Below the pieces are notes generated by a model. It ran no database searches and had not been told where the DNA came from. It was given only the letters and a program-made list of their open reading frames with translations. A program made the position numbers and the translations under genes. Positions 14,035 through 48,948 of a stretch of DNA of 64,000 bases are shown here, one piece after another (position 1 is the stretch's first letter; each line of letters begins with the position of its first letter). Origin of the DNA: Gordius albopunctatus (Eukaryota). The stretch is from contig OZ193909.1 of the NCBI GenBank assembly GCA_964276515.1, forward strand, positions 4,216,001 to 4,280,000, given 5' to 3'.

Positions 14035-15197
14035 ATCAATTCGGATTCGTGGCCGGCAAATCCACAATCGACCCAATCTTCGCCCTAAGACAAATGATGG
14101 ATAAATATGGTGAAAAGAGGAGAGGAAAGATCTACATATGGTTTTTATCGACTTGGAGAAAGCTTATGATACGGTCCCCCGCGATTTAATTTGGTGGTGC
14201 CTGAGGAAACAAAATATCTCTGACGCATATATACGGCTTATGAAAAAAATCTATGAAGCCTCAAACTCTTGCGTTAGGACGACAGTTGGAGACTCTAAAC
14301 CTTTTCGGGTTAATATTGGATTACATCAAGGCTCTGCTTTAAGTCCCTTTTATTTAATATAATTATAGACACGATAACGAGGGACTTTCAAAAGCCATCG
14401 CCATGGTGTATGCTATATGCCGATGATATTGTACTATGCGAGGAAACAAGGGAGAAGGTATTCGAAGAAGCAGAAAAGTGGTCAAAGCGCTTAGCTGGAT
14501 ATGGTTTAAAGGTCAACGATCGAAAAACGGTATACATGGAATTGAACGGTACAAGCACCCCATCGCTGGATGACCACCTAAAGTACCCAAAAGTAGACAG
14601 GTTTACTTACCTCGGCTCTATGCTACATCAAGAGGGAGGTTGCGCAACTGAAATCAATGCCCGGATTCAAAAAGGATGGCTTAAATGGCGAAGTATATCC
14701 GGTGTAATGTGCGACAAGAAAATGCCAATATGGTTAAAGAGCAAAGCTTACAAATCCATCGTAAGACCGGTGTTACTCTATGGAAGTGAAACATGGGCAT
14801 TAAACACCACGGAAGGAAAGCTATTACAAGCCACGGAGATGAGAATGATACGGTGGAGCTTGGGGTATACTAAGCTCGACCATATGACGAATGACTTTCT
14901 CATGACAAAAATGGGTATTCAACCTATGGCGGACATGATTAACGAAAATCGGCTAAGGTGGTATGGTCATATACTAAGAAGGGACCCGGATGACGTAAAT
15001 CGAAAAGTGCTAGACATGAAAATACCGGGGAAGAGAGGAAGAGGACGACCCCGTGTCACGTGGAAAAGGCAAGTCGATAAAGTTATGGAAACTAAAGAGA
15101 TTCGTCAAGACATGGCACTAACCCGGTCAAGATGGAAGAGACTCATCAAAACAAACCCCACCAATGTGGGACCAAATAACTGATAAAGAAGAAGAAT
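14035..15197 (+). mobile_element. 5'-truncated, frameshifted RTE-clade non-LTR retrotransposon (RT domain)
   Basis: NQFGFVAGKSTIDPIF, FIDLEKAYD, GLHQGSALSP, LYADD, FTYLGS, PVLLYGSETW, RLRWYGHILRR, GKRGRGRP; two frame breaks; very short 3' UTR ending in (GAA)n. Confidence 0.92.
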
Positions 15198-15599
15198 AAA
15201 TGACATTGAACCATTTTACAGTATTTTTAATGAAATAATATTATAAATCAAAACAGAGCTTATATATTAATTACTTGCAATATGTTCTTTTTATCAGCAA
15301 AGTAACAGTTCTATAAGTCTGCTTACTCAGGCAACAAAATTTGACTTTGAAGATAAAGATTGGAATCTTTTGTACTATATAAAAACTGGATACAAGCTGA
15401 TTTAACTTAAATTGACCCCTCATAAAGATTACCATAATTATCTATAGATATTTTAAGTTATATTAATTAATCATATATCTTAATTCGCTCCAATTCTTAA
15501 GGTATAAATTGCTATGTCCTCCTCTTCTCAGAAAACGTTTGCTTTACATAATTAGATCTATAATTTATATTCATACTTGATGAATTTGAGTCTTGGTAT

Positions 15600-16020
15600 T
15601 GTAGAGGATAACTGACGATTTGTAATGTACGCTCAAGTTCTATGTTGCCTGTGGAGCAATATATACAACAGCTGATACATATATATTTTATTTTCCTTTT
15701 CGCGTTTTTATTATTATCGTACTTTCGATCGCGTTTGTTCTCTTCGCGCGCGGGTTACTTGTAACGTAAATTGATTTCTAATAAAGTAAAATAGGCGTAA
15801 CATTGGCGTCGTGCCTAAATCTTTAGAACCTACGGGTAATTATTCAGAGGGGAAGATTCTATTGAAGCATTTCTAATTCAATAATCGTTATAAAGAACAT
15901 GGAATTATTCAGAGTGGGAGATTCTATTGAAACATTTCTAATTCAATTCGAGGCCAACATCAAGGCACAATCAGGGACGTTATCCGATACCCAGAAAACG
16001 TGCTGGTTGCTAAGTTCTAT
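15600..16020 (+). mobile_element. Truncated LTR retrotransposon 5' end (LTR + PBS + start of gag), probably Ty3/gypsy
   Basis: TGTAG at 15600, AATAAA at 15780, AACA ending 15802, PBS-like TGGCGTC at 15804, then gag-like MELFRVGDSIETFLIQFEANIKAQSGTLSDTQKTCWLL from 15899; ~66-bp internal duplication at 15838-15950. No second LTR seen. Confidence 0.55.
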
Positions 16021-17202
16021 ATAAAATTGATAGAATTTTAGTGAGATTTACATCGGTTATTTTGGCAAAAATCTAATCGCCCTTTTTTGTGATAAGTCTC
16101 TTTTATCAGAAGTAATTAACCATTATGAATTAAAACTGCATAGAAGTAGAAAATATACACATCAAACTTGATTTTTACTTCAATAACCGCTTTATCATCA
16201 TATATGCCCTAAAATTCCAACATGATTTAATACACCCGAGTAAATGACAAAACAACGTTTGCCGGATTCATCTAGTCTAATATAGTTGTGATTTCTTCTT
16301 CCATTCTCTTGGTGGTCCTTCCCTTAAAAAATGTTAAATTCTTAGTCGCTTGCTAAACAACCCGTTTAAAAAATTCCTTTTTTCTGCAAATTATGTGTTT
16401 ACTTCCTTCTAACCTTCAAAAATAAACTTGGTCAAAAAAGATATTTAATTCATTTAAAGTTGCTTGAAATGTATTAGCTTAGCTAAATAAAGACATTCTA
16501 AAAAAGATAAATTAAATAAATTTCATTTTACTTGATAGCAAGTTGAAAGTAAAAATTTTTGATCATCTCTCAAAAATGTTGATGATTCTTAGTGAATTTT
16601 TACTTTATGCAGCTAACTGAATTATTATAATTTGGCATATTTAAAATAAACTGCAAATGCATTATACTTTGGTTACATTTGTAGTATACTTCTAAGACTT
16701 TCTAAAAACAAGAATTATTTTAGTTATTAATTTATAAAATAGTAAAATACTTATTTAGCTTGAGAAATTTTTAAGCTTTTTGCATATCTTTCAATCCTGA
16801 CCCATTTGTTGTGCATTTAATAAGTTATTAGAAACCAATTATGAATAAAGTTAAATACAATGCTTTAAAAAATACCTTAGAATCTACCTATTCTGTTACT
16901 TTGTTAAAATTGTAACCCGATTCGTTACGATAACTAATTTTTCCAAAAAAATGAGTTTTAGGTATTGTTTACAAACATGTATGTTTATATCTACATCTAA
17001 ATGGATCTTTGTTTTTATTAACCTAAGAATTCATTGTGCTTCATTTTGAATTGCAATTTATGGGCTAACATTCATTTGTTCGGCCACGATACGTCACGTC
17101 CCACTTTTTTTAATTGTTGTTATCCCGTTTTTTTGCATTTTCCCTCTTCAGTCTGCGAGGGCGTTGTTGTGTTGACCACTGCAAATTTCGGCCTTTTGCC
17201 TT

Positions 17203-19475
17203 ATTTTTTTTTTTTTAAATATTAAAAGGTTTATTTGTTAAAGATCCGTCGACAGTAATCTAATATAAATACATAAAGTATAAAAGACAAAATGCGTCAA
17301 ATAAAATAATACACTATTCTAATATATCATCATCGAGGGGATCTTCCAAAATTGGCCAAGAATCCGCGAACGATTTAAAATTGTACTTGGCTATAAGAAT
17401 ACCAAGTCGTTGTTTAAGTAAAAAGGATACCGAATTTTTAGACGGGGGAGAACGTCTTCCTACCTCTTTAAAAAAGGCCAAGGCCTGTTTGCCAAAGGTG
17501 CCTGAACACGAAGCAACCAATGGAATAAAAATGTTTGAGGATAATAGGGCTTTGTATTTATTAGCTTTCCGCCCCTCTGCGACAGCTAAAGAATCATCGT
17601 TGTAGTTAGAGGGGGCAAATAGGTCAATACACGTGAAGTCCCATTTAAGGTGAAGACCATTGCTCCATGGGACTAAAGAAGATCCATCAGGACGCATACG
17701 TCCCTCCAAGGAGGGGTCCGATGGCTCCAAGATGGATGGGATATTTGCTCTCTTCAATGCACTTTGAATTAAGGTATTGGCCTTATTGTGCCTAACATAT
17801 TTAAATTTGTTTGCCAGGCAGTGTAAGGGATGCCTGGCTTGTTCGTCTACGAGTATGCTGCAATTTCGGCAAATAAATGGCTTTGAAAATTTCACCCCTA
17901 GCCTGAGAGCTATGGAGTACGAAAGTTCCGAGTCCTCCAGCATCATCCCGGTGAGACAGCTTGGGTAGACCTCTAGCCATTCGTGACCTGAGCCATCAAA
18001 CAAAAACGACCTTAAATTAGAACACTGACTTGCATCGCTACTCGAAATTAGATAATCAACGGAGCGCAACACAATTCCGGCATCCCAATCTTTTTGTCGT
18101 GAGGTTTGTGGCAAAGGTGTTCCGGGATTGGTATTGTTTTCCCAAATAGCTAGAGCAATGGGTAAAAGCGGGTCTTCTTTAACAGGATACAACTTAAAAA
18201 TGGTATCTTGTACCGATTTGTAAGATGAAATAAACGAGACTAGAGATATTGCGGCAGGTGAGCGAATCCCTAAACCACCCGATTTGGTTGGTAGGGAAGC
18301 TTGTAACCAGCTATGAGTATTGAACTTTATATTTAAAATAGATTGTAAAATAGATTTAATATTCTGTTCGAAGAGGTTTAAAATTTCCAAGTGTAAAAAA
18401 GCACTTGAAGAGCGAAAACAGTGTTGAATTTTTGAAATATTAAAATAGTTTTTCATTATGTAAAAAGCGTGGTGTGAAGGCAAACACTTTAAGAGATCTA
18501 ATTTTGAGTTTAAAATAGAGAGATTTTTCTCCAAATAAGTTGCGAGTCCAACTCTACCACCTATAGGCGATCCAAGATGGCACATAGCGTCTTTCTCGAT
18601 TGCTAAAAAAGGGGTAATGTGTGGATATAATGAGTAATCAGGGGGTTGAAAGATCTCACATTTGGTCTCGTTTAGTTTTAGTTTTAAAATTGGTTCGAAA
18701 TCCTTTATAATTTTGATGGCTTTAAAAACTTCGCGAGGATGACCACAAAGGGTGGCATCGTCCAAGTACCAAATATTAAGTGTTAGGTCGCATTCATGCG
18801 ATATTTTTTCCACTAAACATTGGATGCCTGAGTAAAATAATGGCGGACCCAATGGGTCACCTTGTTGGATACCTTCAGATGAATTTATTTTAAAATCCCC
18901 AAATCTTAAAAAGGATGTTGAGCCATAACTTAATAAGATGTAGTTATGGAACTCCGGGAATTTCTCGAGAAAATTTTCGATAAGGACATCTCTACGAATG
19001 CTATTAAAAGCGTTGGCAAAGTCTAGTTTGACCATGCAATGATCCGATGGTATGCCTTCGAGGGCTAGCCTAGCGGCATGACTAGCAGCTTCGCAGCCAC
19101 CCTTTATTCCAAAACCTAATTGATGAGGACTTAGGTTAGTGGAAAGAATCGGTTTGATTTTATTACATATTATTTTAGAAATAATCCTCTTAAAAACTCC
19201 CCCAATAGCGATAGGTCTTAGTGAATTGTCTGGCTTCTTAATCGCTATCAATTTGGCGCCAAACAAAATAGGTATTATTTCATGAGGCACGTCCCCATTG
19301 ACAATGAGATTGCATAACGATGTTATGGCCTTTAGGAGGCATGTTGAGTTTAGGTTATTAATTTTAAGTAAATCTTGGAGATATACAGGGCGGATTCCGT
19401 CTAGGCCGGCTGCAGAATCTAGGGGAAATGAGTTAATGGCTTCAGCGACCTCGGCGGAATCTAAGGATATGTTGT
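17203..19475 (-). mobile_element. CRE-like non-LTR retrotransposon (RT + Zn-knuckle + restriction-like endonuclease), 5'-truncated, ORF intact
   Basis: Open frame from ~19475 (SAAGLDGIRP) to stop 17314: LRPIAIG, KLDFANAFNSIRR, GIQQGDPLGP, WYLDD, CRNC..HPLHC, RHNK, RPDG, WDFT, AEGRKANKY; ~95-nt 3' UTR and poly(A) seen as a T-run at ~17204-17216. Confidence 0.9.
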
Positions 19476-22400
19476 TTTATCTAACGGTGCCCCACTATTA
19501 ATTGCCACGTTTTCGTTTTTCTCCGATATGCCGACCAGAGAGATAAGCTCCGGCTCTCCGGGCAACTGTCTTAATTTTAATTATCAGACGGGATTCGGGC
19601 GATTCGGGGATAATTAAATTAAACACTTAGTATATTATTTTTTTACTTTTTTATTAGACTGTATATCGAGAATGCTTAAAATGCTAAAATAACATAATTT
19701 TGCCACCCCTTCTCAAGTTATTTTAATTACCCGACTCCATTGCTTTCAGATCCCTAGCTACGTTTTTAAAAAGTATTGAAATATGTATATTTATGTAGCC
19801 CTATTAATGTTTGGAATATACATATGCCGTCTAGACTTATAACAACTGTAACAGAATAGTAATGGTTTAATAAAGTTAAAAGTTACTTTCTATATATTTG
19901 AAAATCAGATGGGCCTGTCCCACATTAAATTGAGTGGCGATAAAAGAAATTTCAAAGGAAGTGGGTTTCTAAAATTCCCTCATGTCATTAAACAAAGCGC
20001 CAAAACTTGACCTTCATGGCCAATCTACCCCTGCTTCTAAACACATCAAAAAGCATTAAGGATTTCAGTTATTAAGTCCTGTACCCATCATATAAATTAA
20101 TTTTTTGATTCGTTACGGTGCGTTTGTGATGACGCGCGAAAGCGAAAAAAAGCGAAGTAAATTTTTGTGCTAATTTATCAAATTTTTCATTATTTCTTTT
20201 AATATGTCTATTTTTATCGTGAATTTTATCATATATCAATGGTATTACACGAATATCATTAATATATGATAGTAATCATTCCATAAACATATAAAATTAT
20301 ATAAAAAATGCATACATACATACCAAATTCTATTTTTTAAGCATCGCGCGAAAAATACAAAATGATTCGTTTAGACAGAATTTTGATTGAAATTTAGGAA
20401 TTGTCTTGATCTGATATTCCATGTGATGAATTAAATTTAGGATGGTTGCGTACACGTGATCACAATAATATCGCTGAGTATTATAGCAAAATAAATGGAT
20501 ACTAGATATTGGAACCTTTTACTTAAGAGTATACATGTATTTAGCAATCTAAACGCCTACGATTTCTAAAATATTTATCAATTTGGACCATGACTAAGAC
20601 AAAGTAATTTGAACCATATCTGTCAATTAATTGGTTCAAACCTTGAAAGCGGCTATAGATAGTGCGTTTATAACCTATGATTAGATTCCCTGGTTTATAT
20701 AAACTAAAATCAAGTCGCGACATTTTATCATCCGATCCTTAAAACAAATTGTACTTGAAACCGATTAGAATAAAACACAAATCGTTGAAAATACTTTTAA
20801 ATAAATATATTCTTTAATTCCTCACCAGGGGTAAAGTGAAGAAGAGGTCGATTCCTTCAAATCTTAAACAAGTCATAAAATTAATACATTCACACATAAA
20901 TTAAAGCAAATAATAATGATGATTCTTTTTAGCAAATTTAACGTAGCACTAGCGCTGAGCACCTTTTTAACTTGGATAAATTTATATTTAGTGAAAGGCG
21001 CACTAGTTTATTAAAAGATAATATGTAATGTCATGTCTTATTTAAATGGAATCATAATATAATGTCCGCTCATATTTGTACAAAAATTTGAATAAATTGC
21101 ACTGATAAATATTGTTTTATTAAATCGCCGATAAATTTAACTGAGTAACCTAAAATGTGTCTCGATCTTGTCTTGGTTTAAAAAAATCTCGGTCTCGTCT
21201 CGAATTTTTTGAAAAAAAATTATTATTTTTCCTGTTTTACAAAATTTTTAGCTGTGCCGGCTAAGCGTTGCTTTGGCTTAGAAATCTTAGTTGTATATTT
21301 GAGCATATTAGACCCCTTTTTAACCCTAACTAAAGCCTCGAAGTTGACCTAAACATATTTAAAACGTTTAAGTCTATTGATATTTCCATCATCAATTATA
21401 GTCCATAGAGTTTATTGCATATAATATTTTAGAAGACATATTGTTAACTTATAACTAGTTGCACATATTAAAACGTTGTAAAGACAATAATAAAATCAGC
21501 ATTGATATATGATCAAAAACATAAGGTTTTAATAAATCAAAGTGCCTTTATTTTATTTTATGATAAAAATCATTATGATCAAATTTGTAATCTAAATAAT
21601 TACTTTCCAATTCTAACTAACTTTGCTATTAAATATTTATTTATCTAGTAAAGTACAAGTTCGTGTATATTTATTTTATATTGTAAATTTGAATGCACCT
21701 GCCAAGCCCAGTTGTTTTATGAAAGGTAATGCACATGAAAAAACAATGTATTTACATAATGTCTCATTAAGGTTCAAAAATTCGGGAGGTATACTATTAG
21801 TTGAAGTATGAAAACTTCTAGAAAACTCAGGATTTAATCTATAAGAGTGTCATCGAATACTCAATTGTACTTTTGAAATCGTTAGGCAGAAACAAAAATC
21901 TCGAGCTACCTTAGCTTAACTTATATACTTATTCAAACTAATTGACCACCAATTTGTAATTACCACATCACGCAGGATGAGAAACTGCGACATTCAATCA
22001 AACCTCCTTCAAAGTCTAATCTAAAGTGAGAAAAGTATTATTAAATTATTCACATATCCTAAGGCCCATCCATACTTATGCAAATAAACTGTATATCATA
22101 TTTACTACACTAAGGTGTTATTTTAATATCCAATATATTGCTATCATATTGATTTATATTTACTACCGTAAATTTAAATCTTGAAAATAAAAATACGCAA
22201 TAATTTACTAAAATCTAATGATCAATAAAAAGGCCGAGATCTCGCCGAAAAATCTAATATCGTTTCGTCCTGACATACAAATTTTCGTCTCGATCTCGGT
22301 TCAATTTTTCTAATTCTCGTTCTTCTCGTTTCGGTTTTCCGAGACGAGAGTTTTTTCGCATCACTTACTAGAAATGTACTCGGTTACTTTATAAAAATGT

Positions 22401-22983
22401 AACTGTACTCGTAATTTATTATTTCAATTTAACAGTAACCTGACGAATTTCTATAGAAAAAGAACTTAGCCAGCTCTATTCATATAAAAATGTTTTACAT
22501 TTAAAATAGATTTATAAAATATTTTTCATCCTGTAAAATGGGAAATTTAAGTGAAGCTAGTTTAAGTTCCCTCTAATAGTATAGTATTTCCTTATTTTCC
22601 TTAGCATAGCCGCACCACATTTTATTGATATTCAATTTTAATAGATAAATTAATTCATCTAGGATTTGAAAGTGAACTACAAACAGCATTTTAAAATATG
22701 GGGAAACTATTAATGATTATCATATTAATACTAAGAATACTATTATATACCTTTAACCATAAATTTTCTAAGTCAGGTCCAAATTAAAAAAAATCTATTT
22801 AATTTTCCACTGAGTGATATAATAACATTTAATCCAAGTCGCAGGATTAGGCCGCCACTAGTGCCAAATAGTACTACACCAGCACTATTCTGCCATTAAC
22901 AAAATTATAATACTTTAATATGTATAAATAGCTTTTTCTAAGATCTGGGAAATATGATACGCTTGTAAGGTAATTAAATTAAT

Positions 22984-23138
22984 CATGGGCATAGCCAGGT
23001 TTTGGGATTGGGTGGGGGGGGGGGGCAAACGTTCAAAAGTTGAATTAGGGGGGGGGCAACCATAAAAAAAGTTTTTCGACATTTAGGGGGGGGGGAGGGG
23101 CAGCGGCCGCACCACCCCCCCCTCTGGCTATGCCCATG
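22984..23138. mobile_element. G/C-tract MITE (family A), hAT-like, upstream of POLR3A
   Basis: Perfect 15-bp TIR CATGGGCATAGCCAG/CTGGCTATGCCCATG and perfect 8-bp TSD AAATTAAT. Other copies ~1-78, 6622-6790, 27380-27516, 29438-29559, 33585-33735, 40561-40710, 41846-41999, 43565-43705, 63693-63835. Confidence 0.9.
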
Positions 23139-23383
23139 AAATTAATTAATAGATTTTATTTAGTTAACTAATAAACTTAAGAGCTCAAACGGTGACAAAT
23201 TTTTTAATCTTTTATTTGTTTGTAGCATTAAATAATTGTAAAGACAACTTAAAATTTAGTTTAAGCCATTTTTTGAAATTTTTTTATTCCATTTAATCTT
23301 AAATAATTCCCACCCGCCTCAAAAGTAATACAAAATAAGTTTTGGCTTTCTAAGTTTTACACTCTATATGTTCGGTTATCAGC

Positions 23384-45038
<21,655 letters not shown>

Positions 45039-45177
45039 AACACCAGCTGAGCCACCGACAAAACATACACAATATATTACACAATCTACAATTTTTAATG
45101 TAGCATACTTCACATACGTACAATCGTCGTATTGTTTATATAATGTTAGCGTGTATAACGTATTACATCTAATAAAT

Positions 45178-46479
45178 TTATGGTGTTGACGGCGATATTT
45201 GTGATTTTTGGTCGCCTATGGCTTCTTCCCCGCACTCGTACCGGATAAAATCAATGATGGTCAGCCCATTTTCTTCCAAAACATCTCGCACCTTTCGATC
45301 TGGGTCTAGTAGATAACTTTGGTGCAACAATCTCCCCTCTCTGCTCATAGCCTCTTCGGCCTTTAACTTGGCATTATACTCTTCATAAAATGCCTTGTCA
45401 AATTCGTCCGCATCGTATTCCTCCTCACCCTCTAAAACATTGTTTTCTGCTTTAATCCCTTCTTCCGAGTTTGCCAACACCACTTTTGGTGTAAGATCAG
45501 TTTGAGTTGTTTGAGATTGGGTGCTGTTGATAGATTCATCTTGCAAGTTTTGAATATTATTGAGATCTCCAAGCTCTTTGGGATTCATTCCAACAACGTG
45601 TTGTGCCATGTATTGCCCTAACTTTTCCATATTTAAATGCAATTTTTTATCCGTCTGTGATAGATTATACTCGTTAGGAGATAAACTTTTGTTTAATGCT
45701 ACTAAAGCACCGTATTTACCATATTTAACATGGTCGGGGAGTTGTAAACTATTTATGGCATGACAGTAACTTCCTATATATCCCATGATGTTTGTGTCAT
45801 CACCATTTAGTTTAGAGGGCAGAAGGGGTGAGGTGTATTGCATGCAAATAGCACGTTTGATGGCTATATTTTCTCCAAAACTTCCTATAGCTTGAGCAAT
45901 GCTATCCTGAATTTTTATAATTTTATGATGGGCTTCATTAGAATCTTTGAAAGTTATGGGAATCGTTTTTAAAATATCAGATTCTAAAGTGTATTTCTGC
46001 AATGGCAATATATTTTGAGAATTTTCAAAAGTTTTATTTTGCCTTGATTGAAAGTCTGAAGACAATACAAAATTTTGTATTGAGTGTAGCAAAAGTTCCA
46101 TCAAATGACCAAATTTTATGTTTTTGGTTACAAAATCAGTTTCACAGTTTAATTCAACCATAATCCCAACTTGTCCGTTATTGCTAACCATTGTACCTAT
46201 CAAACCTTGTTTGGTAGATCTGAATTGTAACTTTGCAGCTTTGTCCCAATTTTCCTTTTCAGCCTTTTCTTGTAAATATACTTTGGCCTTTTCATAATCA
46301 TATTCATACATTTTGAGGGCTTGTTGACATTTACCAATAGGATATCCAGTAGATCTCCTAAGTTTAGTGAGCAAGTTTGTTTTATTAGATATTTGGGATG
46401 GTTTAGGTATAGACACATATGATCTTACTAAGAAAAATATACTCTGCTTTTTGCAATTTATTTGGAATAATGTTTTCAT
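45178..46479 (-). CDS. TSFM: Mitochondrial translation elongation factor Ts, single exon, 433 aa
   Basis: Basic N-terminal presequence-like stretch, UBA-like LLTKLRRSTGYPIGKCQQAL, RSTKQGLIG, MVELNCETDFV, GENIAIKRA, AQHVVGMNP, LLHQSYLLDP..FIRYECGE. Confidence 0.95.
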   Translation of the reverse strand: MKTLFQINCKKQSIFFLVRSYVSIPKPSQISNKTNLLTKLRRSTGYPIGKCQQALKMYEYDYEKAKVYLQEKAEKENWDKAAKLQFRSTKQGLIGTMVSNNGQVGIMVELNCETDFVTKNIKFGHLMELLLHSIQNFVLSSDFQSRQNKTFENSQNILPLQKYTLESDILKTIPITFKDSNEAHHKIIKIQDSIAQAIGSFGENIAIKRAICMQYTSPLLPSKLNGDDTNIMGYIGSYCHAINSLQLPDHVKYGKYGALVALNKSLSPNEYNLSQTDKKLHLNMEKLGQYMAQHVVGMNPKELGDLNNIQNLQDESINSTQSQTTQTDLTPKVVLANSEEGIKAENNVLEGEEEYDADEFDKAFYEEYNAKLKAEEAMSREGRLLHQSYLLDPDRKVRDVLEENGLTIIDFIRYECGEEAIGDQKSQISPSTP

Positions 46480-47526
46480 ACCCTGGGTTAATTAAGAAAT
46501 TAGACAAATTTATTATAAATAGATTAGTTAATTTAACAAAATAAATATGTAATAGAAAAACCTAAAATAAATAAATCATAATAAAAAGCTTAAAATAATA
46601 AATTAAATAAGGTTATCATTTTTAATAATTAAGAATCGCTTACTCTATCTAAAATTTACTATAATTCTATCTATAATAAACAATAGTTTATGGTTTCATA
46701 AAAATGCTTAAAATTAAGACATGTGCATTATACTAATCAGTGACATTTTCGACATGATACAAAAACTGTTGCTGTAAAGATTCAAATCGTAGCAAACTAT
46801 ATTTTTGTTCAAAATAACATGAATGATTTTTAATAAAAATTAGTATATGCCATTTTATATAGTTTCTAAAATTATTATATAGTGTTAAGATGGGTTATAA
46901 TTAACCTGTGTTAAAAAGAATTAGCTCGCGTTGTCAAAGGATTAAACACAATCGTACCATCCTATTAAGAATCAATCGTGGAAAGTGCCTCTCCGATGAG
47001 TGTTTTTTACTTCCCTTTATTTTATTATTAAAGAGCGAGCGTTCTTGATCTTTTTGCATATTTAATCTCACCGTAGTGATGTTAAATTCCTAAGTAGCTT
47101 CAACTGCACCCGCAAGCACGCACACTAAATGTTTAATATGCTAGTCTAGTACAATTAGTGCTCGCTGTTCGGTGCAATAGTTTTAAAAGTAGCATGTAAA
47201 AATGCTCGAGAGGTTAGTCGAAGCAGCAAAATCTGTTAAAGCATTGAGTAGATAGCTCGAGCAGTAAACTCGAGCATATAAGAGATTTAATTGCTACAAT
47301 TTAGTAACTTACAATATTCGCTCATATTATATATCATAAATAAATTAAGAAATTTGCCCCCTCCCTTTTTTTGTCCCGTTGGTTGCCCCCCCCCCTGTTT
47401 TTTACTCTCTTTCTTACTAAGACCGGGTGAGAAAGAGGGTAAAAAAATGGGGGGGGGGCGTTCGTGCTCGGGCACAGCACATAGTTAGCATTGCTAACGC
47501 GAGCAATTTAACAACTCTATCTAACC

Positions 47527-48548
47527 TAGTGTTGCGATCTCGTCTCGGTCTCAAACGCAAAATCTCGTCTCGTTTCGGGTGCAATTATTAAAATCTCGAT
47601 CTCGTCTCGACTTTTAAAAATAATTATACCATATATTTTTTTTCTCACTCTTGTAAATTATTACATAAGATATAAATTGGTCATGATGGAACCAATTTTT
47701 TATCTCAAACCCCAAAACACAAGCTAGATGGATATCTTAAGGCAGGAAGCATTATTGGAGGTGTTATTACTACTTGCCTCGAAGGTATAAAGTTGCTAAA
47801 CAATAACTTTCATTTCCTGGATAAGGCTCAATAAAAGGATAAAGTTTAATAATATCATCATATTTTAACATAATGAATTTATTGAGATCCTATATAATAA
47901 CGTTAAAATAATGACAAAAATGCGAGAGTAAACTTTTAAAGATATCATTATATAAACAAGTAATTATCTGAACATTGTAAATACAATGAAATAAGCATTT
48001 TTGTTGGAAGAACATAACAGTTTAGAGATCTTACGTTAACTCCACATATATAACTTAAAATATAAAATTTTCTTTAAAGCACAATTTACACTTTTCCATT
48101 TTATTTGATTCATCCTTGAATACTGTGAAATGTTTAAGCAGCTTGCTCTTTTTTTTGTTGGATGATGAAATTGTTGCGCACAAACACATTATAGGTCTAA
48201 ATAATTATATATTATATAAGCTATACAAATAAGTAAAAAATACGGAAATACCCTAATGGCTACTAATAACACTATGTCTATTAAGATTATATTACAAATT
48301 TGAAATTTGCATCAAGTGGATAATTGGGTGCGTAAGTAATTACTATCAAAAGTTTCAAAATCATATTAATTTGTATTAAATAGCCTAAATTTAAATCTCA
48401 TAAAATAAAAATTCTTAATTATCTAAAAGAAGACTTAATAGATAAAAATCTCGTCTCGATCTCGACTCAATTTTTCAAAATCTCATCTCGTCTCGTTTTT
48501 TCGAGACGAGACGAGACCGAGATTTTTCTCGGTTTTTCCGCATCACTA
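47527..48548. mobile_element. Non-autonomous hAT element with (TCTCG)n subterminal repeats
   Basis: TIR TAGTGTTGCG/CGCATCACTA, perfect 8-bp TSD ATCTAACC; related ends at ~21155-21250 and 22140-22345. Confidence 0.9.
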
Positions 48549-48948
48549 ATCTAACCTTTCTCAGAATTTTACATTGCACTGAGTTTAACACGCCTATTGC
48601 AATTTCTCTTAATATAGGGAAACTGAAATTAGTAAATACTTGCATATTGTGCTCTTAAAAAGATTTAAATTTGAACCATGTGAATATATTTTCACGATAT
48701 ATTTAGAAACTTTTGGTTCAAACAAATTAAAAAGTTTATATAATATAAAACAGCTTTGAGGGGTGAGATTTGGGCAGTTCAAGCTTATTGATAATTTTCT
48801 AATCTTGTGTAATATTTATTCTGTGATCAATTTCATTTTTTGCCTAGGTAATAATTATCCATTATTTACATGGTTTCGTGTAAATTATTTTTTTGAAGAC
48901 GCACTCCTCTCCTATGTTGAATTTTTCTTCCCTAATTATTATCAATAT

